This document shows, in pieces, positions 11,900-26,016 of a stretch of 64,000 nt of DNA. The DNA comes from Octopus vulgaris (lineage: Eukaryota). The first letter of the stretch is position 1, and every line of letters starts with the position of its first letter. The stretch lies in assembly GCA_951406725.2 (NCBI GenBank), contig OX597824.1, positions 61,938,001 to 62,002,000 of the forward strand. Direction: 5' to 3'. The position numbers and the translations under genes are program-made. Under the pieces are notes generated by a model. That model had not been told where the DNA came from. It did not search any database and saw only the letters and a list, made by a program, of their open reading frames with translations.

Positions 11900-13350
11900 A
11901 TTTCTTACCAAACAAATCCTTTAATGTATTTGTAGTCTCTTCTTATAGCATTTGTTTGATCGGTTTCTTCATCTCAAAATCTGCACACTGCAAAATATTC
12001 ACTGCATATTACAAGTAGTACAATGCATGGTCGACCGAACGCAATACAACGTATTTGTCAATTTATTAATGCAGTGTGTAGTGCCCTGCACAACAGAATT
12101 GAGCAGCAGGATATGTATAAAGGATTTGATAAATAGAATTTAAATGATATAGGTGATATGTTCTACCCATTTCATTCAAATAAAGCCGTAATAACGCGTG
12201 GCCTTTTGTGCTAGAGCTATATTCAACTGAATACTCGACCCCCACAATATAAATCTTGGAAGCCATCTTACATAGTCTTGATTACGCGGAAGCATGTTAA
12301 ATGTAAGCTATACTACAATAATATAAGCATAACAAAGACATCATATCTCCAGGAAACGAATTGGCTACATTTCTTTTGTAATTCTAGAACTGCATCTAAT
12401 ACCTCTTGAACTATTCGTTCCTGTAAGAATTCCTGCAGGAATTGTCAATTTGCATTCTTCAGTTTGAGAATTTGGAATAACATTCACAGCTTGAGGGACT
12501 AAATCTGTATTTTACTCACTCACGGTATTTGAATCATTATAAATTTCATTTGCATGAACTCAACATAAAACATCTCCCGCAGCATTACTACAATTTCCAG
12601 TGAAGCAATATTCACGGGAAAATTGCAGATTTCCAGTTTCTTTTTCAATGACATGCATAAATATATGTGTACACACATACACACACACATTCACGTACAG
12701 ACGCATGCACACACACAGACACATACACATTCACACACACACAAAATGCTCTTGCTATTATATTCCATTGCGATTTCTATAAAAGCTGTGAGTTTTGCAA
12801 GGTTTTCAAATTTGAATTCAAATGGCGTGATCTGACAAAATGTCGTAGTTGAGAAAATAATATACCATTTGTGTAGTCAAAAGTATCAACTTGTGCAGTA
12901 AAAACGACCATTGTATATATATCGTTAAACTTTAATGAATGAAAGTGATCTTCTGTTGAGATATTCTAGACTTCAAGCTAAACTGTTTCTCACATCTTTT
13001 TAGATATTCTAACGTAATTGACAGATTTATATGAAGGTTTAATTTAATTAAAATGCACGAAAGAACAACGATATTTGCATATGCTGCATGAAAAATAAGT
13101 TTCGATTTTGATGAAACAGCGATGCCTTCTGCAGGGACATCCCCTGTCAAATCACAACGTTCGCTTTTGAACAAGAAAAACACTAGCCGATCTAGTTCTG
13201 GTAAACTATATGAGGTATTATAAACTATATGGAGCAAACGAGAACAACATTTACTAAGTAATATCTTATGTAGTTTGAAATTAATGTATGCTTTGCCATA
13301 AGAAGACATGGTCACAACTGCATCGTTATTTTTATATATTTGTGAGATCA
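11900..13350 (-). pseudogene. Possible highly decayed hAT (TTF/ZMYM-like) transposase remnant
   Basis: Long semi-open minus frames; LTGT..IVQEVLDAVLEL (~12390-12430) and YPAAQFCCAGHYTLH (~12070-12110) resemble the DUF4371 region and the CxxH motif. Confidence 0.35.
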
Positions 13351-13786
13351 AGGCTTACTTATAGTCAATATATAAAATTTGCTTGCAGAGCTATAGCCAA
13401 AGTAAGTTAAACAACTCATTAGCATTCTTTGTTCTATCATATCTCTGATCAATCTCTCTACCAGCGTCGATGCAAGTAACGAACAGCTAAAGAGCTTAAA
13501 TTTGGCTCAATAGTGTTGTTTAGCCCTTAGCCACCTATCATTATATAGAGGTCTAGTCAAAGTTATTCAAGGTGCGATCATTCCATTTTTAATTATTATT
13601 TTTACAATGTATCCAGATTACATTTTTCTATATGTGTCCTTCCTTATTGTGAAATCAGTAATGGTTTGGCAGCTATCACTATTTGTTGTCAAAATATAAG
13701 GCACCTCGTTGTATTAATGTAATTTTTCTGTCTCGGTGTAACTTCTTTAGATTATATCATGCATTTTAATATTTTACATTTTCTTA

Positions 13787-14000
13787 AGGTGGCGGGCTGG
13801 CAGAATCGTAAGCACGGTAGGAAATATGCTAAGCAGCAATGCGTCCGACTTTACACCCTGAATTCAAGTTCCGCCAAGGTAGATTTGCCTTTCACTCCTT
13901 TAGGGGTCGATAAGATGAATACCAGTTGAACACTTGGGTCGATCTAACCAACTTACTCCCTACTCCGAGCTTGCTGGGCTTGTGTCAAAATTTGAAATCA
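13787..14000 (+). mobile_element. tRNA-derived SINE, family B (Meta-domain-like core)
   Basis: tRNA-like head, then gcctttcactcctttaggggtcgataagatgaatacc; several copies in the window. Confidence 0.75.
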
Positions 14001-14639
14001 ACATTTTACATTTACTTTGATTAAACATTCCTGAAATTTCTAATTGATAGACATCTGATCTATTAAGAATTTCATCTGATCATAATTTATTTACTCATAC
14101 CACAAATCAGTTTAAAATGTTCTGATAATTCTCTCAAATAAAGTACAGCAACGTTACCTAATATACAAAAGAACTCGTTATTTCTATTTCATGTGAAAAC
14201 TAAATAACTGATTGAGAGTGTATAACGTGTATTTGGTCAAGAAGAACGATTTGGGTTTACGTTGCAATATTTAACTTATTCTCTAATCAGGCTTGTAATG
14301 TAATATCATATATTCCCTAATACCAGAGAAACATTTGACAATATGTTATCTGATAGAATTATGGAATCAATTATTAATTCCATAGAATAACCATAGAGTA
14401 GGGCAGCTGGACCTATTTTGCATTGGGATCACTCAAAATATATGTACTGCTGGCATATAATAAAATATATTGTAAATTTCCATTATCTAAAGTATGCTGC
14501 TCAGTGTACCAACAATTAAATCAGAAACACGCATGCACAGGAACAAGAACAAGTACATATGAACCAACATTTATGTGTTTATTGTTGTTGTTAATTTTAA
14601 AGTTAGTGCTTAATCTTACCTATATTTAGATTGAATACT

Positions 14640-14860
14640 GTTGTACATAGGGTAAATGTGTTTGAAAGACGTAGTTTTTTGGGATATGTTTGTTCCCGAA
14701 CAACACTTATTTTAGTGTTGTTGACACGGCCGGATTAAATGGTACTGTCCAGGTGTCGAAAACATAATGATATCCGTAGGGCAGCTGATGATGTAGGTAT
14801 GCTGGATTGTTGGTATGGCCGTTTTGTATATGTGGAATAGTATTATAACATGTCCTTTTT
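14640..14860 (-). pseudogene. Possible Penelope-like RT C-terminal remnant
   Basis: Minus frame HTNNPAYLH...TVPFNPGRVNNTKIS...KKLRLFKHIYP resembles the PLE YL..S.HP...PFN..R...YP region. Confidence 0.3.
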
Positions 14861-15237
14861 ATATACATATATTTATTCACGTTATTGATTTCATCACATA
14901 TTAGCCTCGTTTGTTTTGATTTTTACATCTTCTCTGTGGACGGAATAACATATTCTACCCACCTACAAGTTATGATAATCATGCATACACTAACACAGAT
15001 ATAAGCATATATGTGTATAGACATTTATATGTGTGTTTATGTGTAGGTGGGTAAAATATTCATACATGTAGGAATATATAGATATATATAAATATGCATT
15101 TATATATTATATATATTTACAATTATGTATATTTATATATATACACACGCATATGTATAGATACGATATATCTATATATATATGGTTTTGACTACAACTA
15201 TTACTACTAATACTGCTGATGATACTATTATTATTAT

Positions 15238-15302
<65 letters not shown>

Positions 15303-15479
15303 ATACTACTACTACCTTCTTCAGTCAAAATTTCGTCCGGATTTTCACTAAGGATCATTGGCAACTTGATTCTCTATGTTTTGTCATGAATTTGATACTT
15401 GTCCCATTACTGTTGATTTTTTTATTCTTTATTTTCATATGTAACATGTAAACATAAATTGTTTATTCTGTATTTTGCA

Positions 15480-16450
15480 GCTTTGGTTATGAAAGGTGAA
15501 AAAATTGACCTATTTTATACTAATGTGGAAAAGGCATTGAGTGCAAGATTACTAGAAAAAGGATTTAATGATATGGAAGCCGAACGAGTGGTAAAAATCT
15601 GGTTCAGACGTTTTAAGGAAGGTGAAACAGTCCCGCAGACAAACCTTGTACTGTGGAAGATGAGACCTTGTTTGAATTGGGTGAACACTAATTAAGCACA
15701 AGCATTCGAATATTACTGTGAGAACTTGGTCTTTCACAAAGTACCATCAATTGACACCTCCAAAAGCTCGGCCTGGAGAACAGATTCTGTCAGGAAGTTC
15801 CTCATGATCCGTTCAGTGGTCAGTCTCAACGACATGTCAACATTTGCTAACAACACTTAGGAAATCCTCCTGATACTAGTTTCTGGCATCGGATTTTAAG
15901 TGAGAATGAAAAATGGATCTATTTTCGGAATCCTAATAAGAAAAGCCAGTGGATTCATTCCGGTCAGGTTTCAAAGCCTATTGTTAAACAATGGGCGTTT
16001 TTATAGAAGTAACGTTGTGGGTTGATGGAAATTTCGAGGCGTTGTTGCTCTGTGGGCTTTTCCCAGATAATCATGCCGTGAAAGCTAACCTTTATACTCA
16101 ACAACTACAGCGAATATATGATGCTTTGATGGCCCACTATTTGGCATTCTGCGCTTCCTCAGTATGACCATACCGCAATGCACATTGCCAGTGTGAACAA
16201 GTACAAACTTGAGGTGCTTGACGGACAAGAAGTGCTTCATCATCATGCTTACATAATAATTACATGTTTAATAACCGTTCTGAGCTATGGCACGTTTTGC
16301 TTCACAGACTAAGGTTCTCTTTGCCTCTACACCAGTCTCTTGATCAACCTCTAAACCAGCATTCTAAATCAGCCAAATGATAAAAGCGTGGTATTGAGCT
16401 TCTGGCAACAGACAAAAGAATGTGATATGGTATATATTGAGGAATAAACG
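15480..16450 (+). mobile_element. Decayed mariner transposon
   Basis: ERVVKIWFRRFKEG (HTH) and S.NEKWIYF (first catalytic Asp region); many stops and frameshifts. Confidence 0.8.
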
Positions 16451-16544
16451 TGTTTTGTACATAATTCGTTTGAATTGTTAATTAAGGCTTGAACTACGAA
16501 AGCATTTTTAACTCGTCCTGCTATATGCTATATTATATGCACAC

Positions 16545-16719
16545 AAACACACACACAACGACTTTCTTTCAGTTTCCGTCATCCAAACCCACTGACAAGG
16601 CTTTGGTCGGTCCGAGGCTATATTAGATGACACTTGTCCAAGGTTCCACGCACTGGGACTGAACCCGGAACTATGTGGTTGGAAAGCATGCTTCTTACCA
16701 CACAACCACTCCTGCGCCT
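16545..16719 (-). mobile_element. SINE family A, 5' half
   Basis: Minus strand has A box TGGTTGTGTGG and B box GGTTCAGTCCC, then accttggacaagtg. Confidence 0.85.
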
Positions 16720-18092
16720 ACACATGCGCACACACACACACACACACACACATGCACATATATTCTTTAGAGTACTTTTATCAGTTTCATAATAAGAAAA
16801 GCCATTACAATCTCGAAAATTCTACTTATTGAGAAACTTAATGTTGAACACAAGATATGTTGCCTTAATATCATAGACTGTAAGTCTACCATACTTTTAT
16901 TAAAAGTTCTACGTTCCTAATTGCACTAGGAAATATACCAACATCTATATATTATACTGTCTGCTTTCACACCAGTTTTGTATCTTAATCTTCCGGGAAA
17001 TCTCCAAAAGTGCTATTTAAGATCACGCTTCATAAGAAAAATCTGCATCTTCATAAAATTTATTATAAAGGCATGATAAAATACCCCGAAATATACAACT
17101 GCACATCAACGGTGGTGAGAATTAACAAAATTCTGTTACATCAATGATACACTTCTCATGTCTGATAACCGCGAGACATGAAAAGAATTTTTATCTGTAC
17201 ATTTCCGTTTATATCCACGAACTTGTAATTTTTATTCGTTTTGCAGAAGGAAAAAATGGCGAAGTACTATCAATTAGTGCTAGGCAGTAAAAGATAAAAA
17301 CAATAAATAATAGTGGGATAGATATTTACTCAACACCTCACTTATAGCACTCATCTGAGTCAGATATATCAAAGTGAAACCGAAACACACTATCATGGTT
17401 ATTTCATGAGTTGTCTGTAGCTTTATGAACCAGTAAAACTTTGAGGTCACTTCTATGTGCTGGCTTTGCATGCAAGAAACAATAGGTGAATGCCCCTCAA
17501 TTCATACCCTAATATTCGATCGTGTAACTAAATGTCATACTGAATATTATCAGTCTAAATAATTCTAAAACATAGTTCACAACAAGAATCACTATATGAA
17601 AGAAGTACTCTACAGGAATTAACATAGAGATAATAGACAAAAGACAAAATCAGTAACAACAAAAATAACAACTAGTAAGAGGCAAGATCTTTACTTAAAG
17701 AATCTGTAAAATCACGCATGAAATGGAAATCACCGTAAATACAACAATATACGTACATAAAATGAAATATGTACGAAGGCGTTAAATTTCTACATAAGTT
17801 TCACTTAAAGTTTCAGGCTTTCCAAATAAGGAAGAATATCGCATAGTGTAATTATTTTCCACCCAACTGCTGTTATCAATGTAACTGAAATTAATTATCC
17901 GCGAACAATTGTGCTGTTTTCTTGACTGCATCACCATGTATGAGAGGGGATTTGTGAAATGCGAGCGGTGCTGTTATCTCAGAACAAAACTGTCATCTCG
18001 TCAAGAACGGTTTGTTAATTTGTCTTGAAGTGGTAGGTGGATTTAGCTTAAATTTACACTGTTGTTCATATTTATGGTTATATGTTATTTCT

Positions 18093-18405
18093 GTGTGAAG
18101 ATGCATGGCTCAGTAGTTAGGGGGAGGAGGTGGTGAGCTCGAATACCGGACAACCCTGTGGGTTGTGCTCCCGAGCAAGACACTTCATTTCACGTTGCTC
18201 CAGTTCTTTCAGCTGTTGAAATGAGTTGCGGCGTCGCTGGTGCTAGGCTCTGCCTTTCCTTTCGCCAATATTGGTGGCGTGGAGAGGGGAGATTGGTATG
18301 CATGGGTGACTGCTGGTCTTCCACAAAGCAACTTTACCCACGCGTGTGCCTCGGACGGGGTACTTTCTATGTGCAATCCCATGATCATATGGTGACCGAA
18401 AGGGA
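18093..18405 (+). mobile_element. tRNA-derived SINE, family C (CORE-like)
   Basis: tggctcagtagttag head; gagcaagacacttcatttcacgttgctccag; homologous to 21051-21385. Confidence 0.8.
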
Positions 18406-18888
18406 TTTACTTCCTTTTTTTAATTTTCTACTGAGTTAAAGGATTTATATCAAAATATCTCTAGTCGAAACATTTGTACATATGTGTGTGTGTGTGCGTG
18501 CGTGGGTCTGTGCGTTTGTGTGTACATATAGATATATATGTGTATTCGATTTCTTCTCAGTTCATTTCGGGCTGAGATAACACACGTAACATTTCTGCTA
18601 CTCCATTACACCTTTGAGCTAAAGTGAAAAAAATTCATTAAACTTCTTATATAGTTCTGAAAGCTTGAAATAAAAATAAATATCTAATATGGGTACAATG
18701 CTTCGCTGTGTGAAATGTGGGATTGGATATTGTAGACCAGAGAATGTAATTTCCCCGTCGCCATGTTTAGTAATTGATGTAAATGAAACGAAAAATACGC
18801 TATCGCACAGGTATTTCGCCTGAATTAATAACAAAATTATCATATCCAAATAATAAACAGGGAGGATAAATAATGCACCTAACATCCC

Positions 18889-18981
<93 letters not shown>

Positions 18982-18996
18982 CATCTATCTATCTAT
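18889..18996. repeat. (ATCT)n microsatellite, 5' flank of the Tx1-like insertion
   Basis: Direct reading. Confidence 0.95.
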
Positions 18997-20150
18997 CTTT
19001 CCCGCAGCTCGTCTCCATGACCGAACTGCAGTCGTGGATCAAAAAGAGGCCGAGGAAGGGCGAATGGCACCGCGAGTGTCGCGTTGCTCTCAAGCAACTC
19101 TGCCGTCCTGGGTCGACCTTAAGTGACTTCAACACAACCAAAGCATTCTATAGGGGTTTAGTGGAGGGGAGGTACGACGACGAGCTCGGGGCGAACCTGG
19201 ACGTCGACGAGGAGTACCTGACCCGCCTGTTCAGGACGACTTTCGGGCCAGGGCCCATGGACAACTTCCAGAGATCCCTGGCATGGCAGTGCTACCGAGA
19301 AGCGCTACCCGTTCGGGATAAGCTCTACAGACACGGCTCGAGAAACACGGGGCCGACCTGCCCGAGATGCGGTCAGAGCGACGAAACCGTTCTGCACGCA
19401 CTCGTTCAGTGTCCAACAATTTCCGACCTGTGGGCTTATGTCGAACAACTGCTGTCACGTGTGGGACGAGTCGGTTTATCAGCTGAGTCTATCGTCAATA
19501 TTGTCACGCCTCCTTCCTTCAAACGGGAAGGAAGAGCTATTTTCATCATCCTTGTGGCTATGGCGAAAGAATGTATCTGGTGGACGCGTCTGAAAGGATT
19601 GGAGACAAACACTTTCCTCTCTGGTCAATCTCTCATCAACTTCTTCAAGTACCACTTGAAAAGGAAAGTGAGAGTAGAGAGGCAAGTTTTGTCTAGCGAA
19701 TGTTTTAAAAAAGATGGGTGAATGTAGCAAGAATGGCACGTATGAATGACGAAGCCACCTTGAGCATAGTCCTATGAACCCAGAAATCGAAAACAGAGAG
19801 TTGCTTATTTAAAAAAAAAAAAAAAGAAATATAAAATGTGACTTCATTGACCGAGGTTACCGTGGTCTTTTCCGTAGGCTTTTCTTTCCACGGGTAAACC
19901 TCACCTGTCCTCCCCTTTACACTTCATATTGACATTTCTGTGATAACGATCCCTATTGATCAATTTTTTTTTTTCCTCTCCCCCTTTTTTTTTAACCCCC
20001 CTTTTTTTTTGTCCTCTTTCTCTCCTTTTACGATCCCTTTTGATCGAAACTCCCCCTTCCTTTTTTTTTTTTTTAAACCTTCAAAATAAAAGCTCTACCT
20101 TGTAATTTGTTCTATCTGTGTGCAGTCCTGTGTGGCTAATAAAGAAACAT
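18997..20150 (+). mobile_element. 5'-truncated L1/Tx1-clade LINE: ORF2 C-terminus (zf-RVT) plus 3' UTR
   Basis: W...REALPVRDKL..HG...CPRC..SDETVLHAL.QC zinc-binding motif. A 1-nt shift in the A-run near 19710 restores KRWVNV...IVL* (stop 19777). T-rich UTR, aataaa, then (ATCT)n. Confidence 0.85.
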
Positions 20151-20766
<616 letters not shown>

Positions 20767-20980
20767 AAGCTAATGAAGTTCATAACATAATCGTTTTTTC
20801 CTTTGTCATCTCATTTTCTTAATACCATTCTATACTTGCCTATTGAAAACACACACACACACACGCACGAATGTCTGTGAATGTGTATGCGTTTGTGTGA
20901 GTGTGTATGTGTATGTGTGTGAGTATGTGTGTATGTATATGCATACGTATATAATATATTTATATATGTGTATGTGTGTA

Positions 20981-21035
<55 letters not shown>

Positions 21036-21050
21036 AAGTATGTATGTATC

Positions 21051-21385
21051 TGTGAAGGCACATGGCTTTGTGGTTAGAGCGCAGAGCTTTCGATTGTGAG
21101 GTTGTGAGTTCGATCCCGGACCGGGCTGTGTGGTGTGTTCTTGAGCAAGAGACTTTATTTCACGTTGCTCCAGTTAACTCAGCTGTAGACATAAGTTGCG
21201 ACATGACTAGTGCCAAGCTGTATCCGCCTTTGTCTTTCATTTTTGATAACATCAGTGGTGTGGAGTAGGGAGGCTGATATGCATGGGCGACTGCTAGCCT
21301 TCCACAAACAATCTTGCCCTGACTTGTGCCTTGGAAGGTAACTTTCTAGGTGCAATCCCATGGTCATTCATGACCGAAGGGTGTC
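21051..21385 (+). mobile_element. SINE family C
   Basis: A box tggctttgtggttag, B box gttcgatccc; aligns with 18093-18405. Confidence 0.85.
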
Positions 21386-21964
21386 TCCTCCTCCTATGTA
21401 TGTATCTCTTCACATATAAAGGTGTATATATACAATCACACATACATAAACGCACGCCACACGCACACATATTAATACATAAATGTACATATGTTATCGT
21501 ACTTACGAACACATGCATATAAACAGTTCATGCATGTACATTCGTATGGTGAATCTCAACTAGACGTCACAGAGTATTACAAAAGTTAATAGAGATCCCA
21601 TAGTAGACGTGATTTCATTTCTAATTCAATTGACATTCTTTCACTGTACACCTGACCACATAGTATTTCAGATAATCTAATACCATTTCTCTGCGTTTTT
21701 ACGTTATCCCTATAAAGTGAATTGATAAATACATGATATCAAGTTACCTCTTGTACTTGTACATTTGATTTGCCAGGTATTATATTTTATGGTTGCATGT
21801 ACGAGTAATGGTTTCAAGAATAAGTGTATAATGTAGGCTCGCCATAGGCCCTGCTACAATACACAATCATACAAGTGTATCACGCATTGCGATCAAACTT
21901 GAGAGCCAATGGTTGTGAAGAATTTAAAGTAATGACCCTATTCATAAATTTATAGATATATCAA

Positions 21965-22025
<61 letters not shown>

Positions 22026-22035
22026 CATATATATG

Positions 22036-22132
22036 CAGTACTCCCTTGCCATATGATGTTTCTAAATCGCGGATTTTCATCCATCGTGGAGGTCTTTGGA
22101 GTGTAACTCCTGCGATAGTCGAGGGAATACTG
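22036..22132. mobile_element. ~97-bp Tc1/pogo-type MITE
   Basis: TIRs cagtactccct / agggaatactg, embedded in TA/TG repeats. Confidence 0.65.
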
Positions 22133-22141
22133 TGTGTGTAT

Positions 22142-22172
<31 letters not shown>

Positions 22173-22253
22173 CATATATATATGTATGCATACATACAAA
22201 TACGCATAAACATATAGCTATGTATGAATCATAAAATTAATTTGTAACATATA

Positions 22254-23081
22254 CGAGGGGCTACCCAAAGGAAACCAGAACTTTGTAACGTTAGTTTAAT
22301 CAGTTTTACATGTTTGCACTTTATCGCCTTCAAATTTTTCTTCATTTGAAGCAATGCATGTGACCAGACGTGTTTACCACTGTTTGAAGCAGTATTGGAT
22401 CTCTTGCGAAGTGATGATTTTAACACCTCTGTCGTTTTTTCATCACCTCTTCCACATCTGCAAATTCCGTAGCAACATTTTTCATCACCAGTAATGACCT
22501 TCGAAAATAGATCCGGATCAAATCCCAGCTGTTCTTTTATTTCACGACAGTCATTCAGTCGTGACTGCTTTTGATTTTCCGTGAGCAAGGGTGGCACACA
22601 TTTTGTTGGAACGCCATTTCATTCGTAATTCCTCACTTAAAACTCGTTAGAAGGAGCTCCAGGATACACAAATCATATCAATAAGTCCGTCAATGTTTGC
22701 GTGACCGTACTTCAAGATCAGTTCATGACTTTTTCCTGATGATTTCATTCTTTCGAGAGATCGACGGTCGACCTGAACGAAGTTCGTCTTCAGCTAGAAG
22801 TGATCATTTCTAAAGCGTGTAAACCACTCGTTAACTTGTGTTTTTCTCATGGCATCATCCTTATAAGATGTCTGAAACATGACAACTATCTCGGCCGCTG
22901 TCTTTCCCGGCAATAAACATGATTTCTCGGAAGCATCACGTGTCAGTACGACTGCAGAGAACAACACCGGGGGCATACTGATGCTTGAGGTTGCATCAAG
23001 TGACTTCTAGCGGTGGAAACCCGAGCAGCAACGGGCTCATCTCATAGAGAACGTTTCCAGTTACCTTTGGTTACCTTGCTG
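22254..23081 (-). mobile_element. Internally deleted mariner
   Basis: TIR cgaggggctacccaaaggaaacc and a degenerate partner; GKTAAE..MRKTQVNEWFTRF and KVITGDEK. Confidence 0.85.
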
Positions 23082-23499
23082 TAATAACAAGGTTGTTTAG
23101 ATTTAGCTATTGATATTAAATACTGCAAAAGATTTTTATTGCTAAAAACGGAAATGTTCGAAATAATGATAATGGAATAACGCTACGTTATTGTAATATC
23201 ATAGACAACATCATTATTTTTAGAACTAGGCATACTGAGCGTCTTTAATTTAAGAGCAGACGTGCGTATATGTTTCTGACAATATAGCTGGTTCCATTTC
23301 CTTAATCAAGTGGAGTTAGTGTTTAATTATTGGAACATCTAAAAAAGCTATTGACCGCCGAATACTCAGTGGTTCAGTTTATCTCGACGACGATTATCGT
23401 GAACAGTTAGTAGAAATATTAGGAAAATGAAAGTGAAGAAGTTAAGTACGAAAAGGCGACTGTGAATATGGGAAATATTGTATTGAAAATATAAGAGAA

Positions 23500-23897
23500 A
23501 TTGTGAGCCGCTTAGATCACGATTATGTCTTTAATTTATGATTTCAAGTTCCACCAAGATCTTTTTCATCTTTTCGAGATCGATAGAATGAATATTAGTT
23601 GAACGCTGCAAGTAATGTAATCAACTTACTCCCTCCCATGAAATTGCTGGCTTTGTGCAAAAAAGTGGGACCCAATTATTAGTTTTAATACTAAGCTTGC
23701 ATACTGCCGGCATTGTTAGCAAGCCGAACCAAATGCTTAGCAGCATTTCGTCTGCCTTTATGTTCTGAGTTCCAGTTCTACTGAGATCGACTTTGACTTT
23801 CGTCCTTTCGGTGTCGATAAATTAAGTACAAGTTGATCACTGACGTCGACTATCCCCATCTCTGAAATTCCTGAGATTGTGTCAAAATTCGAAACCA
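23500..23897 (+). mobile_element. Two tandem SINE family B copies (~23500-23675 and ~23695-23897)
   Basis: ctttcgtcctttcggtgtcgataaattaagtac core and tgtgtcaaaattcgaaacc tail shared with 13787-14000. Confidence 0.7.
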
Positions 23898-24373
23898 ACA
23901 ATTAGTATTAATACTATGCAAATACACACACACATATATTAAAAAATTAAAATGTTAAGGATATTTATTAGCTGGCGAGTTTTATACAGATTTAATTAAG
24001 CTATGACAAAAGCCTATGATAAATAACATATCACTGAAATCTATTCAATAAGGCAAACGCCACTAGAGAGCCTGCAACATTGACTATATGGAAACCGATG
24101 TTATTTAACGAGACTGAAATCTCTGACACGTTAGCCGCTGCTACGTGATGTTTGCTATATTCATTTAAATGGAATAATAAATCGCAGATAGATTAAATAT
24201 GGTTTACCGTCGAACTCTAAGAAAGTATTAATAGATAAAACAAACGTTGCATGCACAAATGAGTTTCTGTCCAGCGAATGAACTGGGGTCAAATACATAC
24301 ATACATAAATATATATACATGTGTGTGTATGTATATATATATACATATATACATACATACATGTGTATATACA

Positions 24374-24439
<66 letters not shown>

Positions 24440-25052
24440 TGCATTGTGTATGTGTGTATTCATCTATATCTTATGCGTTATGTAGATGTTTTCATCGGGG
24501 AATAATTGTCGTGGTCTTAGCTGAATGTTTGAATGCTAATTAAACTAAGCGAACTAATAATTTTTAGTAAGCCATAATTCAATCATAGGATTGAATTTGA
24601 ATGTAAATTATTGAATTCTATCAAAATTCGATGTAGGCATTCATTTACACGATATTTATCAAGCTTTGCTAAAAGTGAAGCGAGTATAGCGAAGTAAGAA
24701 ACCAGTTGTGGGCGAGTTGATGTATTAATCATATTGTGTATTACCAATTGAAGCTCATCTCATTGATAACTTAAGCCGGCACATCTCTGGAGGGAAGCAG
24801 GAATTCAGTTCTATTTGATTCAATTTCTGCATAAATTTCTATTTGATTCAAATTCTGCATAAATTCACCACGACAAGCATTAGTTTGATATTATCTGTCT
24901 GATACGAGTCGACCTCTAACAACCTATCACCTTCTCGTGTATATGTAAAGGAAGAACATTCTATAGCAGCAAATAAAATACGGTGAATTTTAAAATGCAA
25001 AAGTTTGTCACTCTGTGCTACATGTGGTTATCGATCATATGATTGTATAGTG

Positions 25053-25104
<52 letters not shown>

Positions 25105-25111
<7 letters not shown>

Positions 25112-26016
25112 TGCAAAAGTGGGAAGCTGAATTTAGGAGGAGATAAAGAATTGGGGACGACTGCCACCACCGGGAAAAACAATGATAAATGATTGACTAT
25201 AAATAATGTAGTCAAATCTATTAGCATATTCCATGAGATAGCCAATTATATCCTGCACAATAAACTTCGTATGGCGAAGTGGGTGACACAAGTCGACTGA
25301 CACTTGATGAAAAGCACACGCGGCTGATAAACATCAAGAGAAAATCTAATGTTGATAGAAAAAATGTGCTGACCAGCTGGCATTCCTTGAATGATTCCCA
25401 ACCCAAGATGAGTTTTAACCAGCAACAAAGAGACAATCGATGCAGTGGAAATCCACTTCTCATCTGCACCATATAACACCATGTTCGTTTCCTCCCCAGG
25501 AATGTTGATGGCATCCCCAGAAACCTGGGGATGCGAAAATCATTGTGTTTATTGAATATCTAGAAAATGGCTACGCCATCAACAGAGTGTTCTATGCAAA
25601 CTTGCTGAGGCAGTTATGAAAAGGTAATAAGACTGAAAGCACGGAAAATTGAAGAAAGGTGTCTTGTTTCAGCACACAAGTCATTTGTTCCAATGTCGGC
25701 TGTGCGTGACTGTGGCGATCATCTTCTCTATTTTCTCGATTTCTCCACATATGACAACCATCTGTTCCCGAACATTAAAAAAGAAAAAAATCTTGGCAGA
25801 GAATCAGTATTGCAGGGATATTGACGCTACGTCTGCTGTTGATGAATTTTTTGACGTAGAAGATGAAAGTTTCTCGACCTATGATATCCAAGCACTGCAA
25901 CACTAATGGAAGAAGTGTGTGGACCGCAAGAAAGACTATGTTGAAAAATAAACTTCATTTGGTCACATTGGATGAAAGTATCTTGGTCAGGCTCTGAACT
26001 TTTCAGCCGACTGTCG
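25105..26016 (+). mobile_element. Decayed mariner (same family as 34890-36103 and 53488-54771)
   Basis: QKWEAEFRR; KKGVLFQH; 3' TIR ctgaacttttcagccgac..cg followed by TA. Confidence 0.8.

Noticed and set aside
18873-18996. LSIY-repeat N-terminus of the 282-aa ORF
   Set aside because: (ATCT)n flank fortuitously in frame with the truncated LINE ORF
21051-21125. tRNA gene-like A/B boxes (also at 16650-16719 and 18100-18150)
   Set aside because: They continue into multi-copy SINE bodies and do not form a full cloverleaf
24809-24864. 28-bp tandem duplication
   Set aside because: Two units only; ordinary slippage
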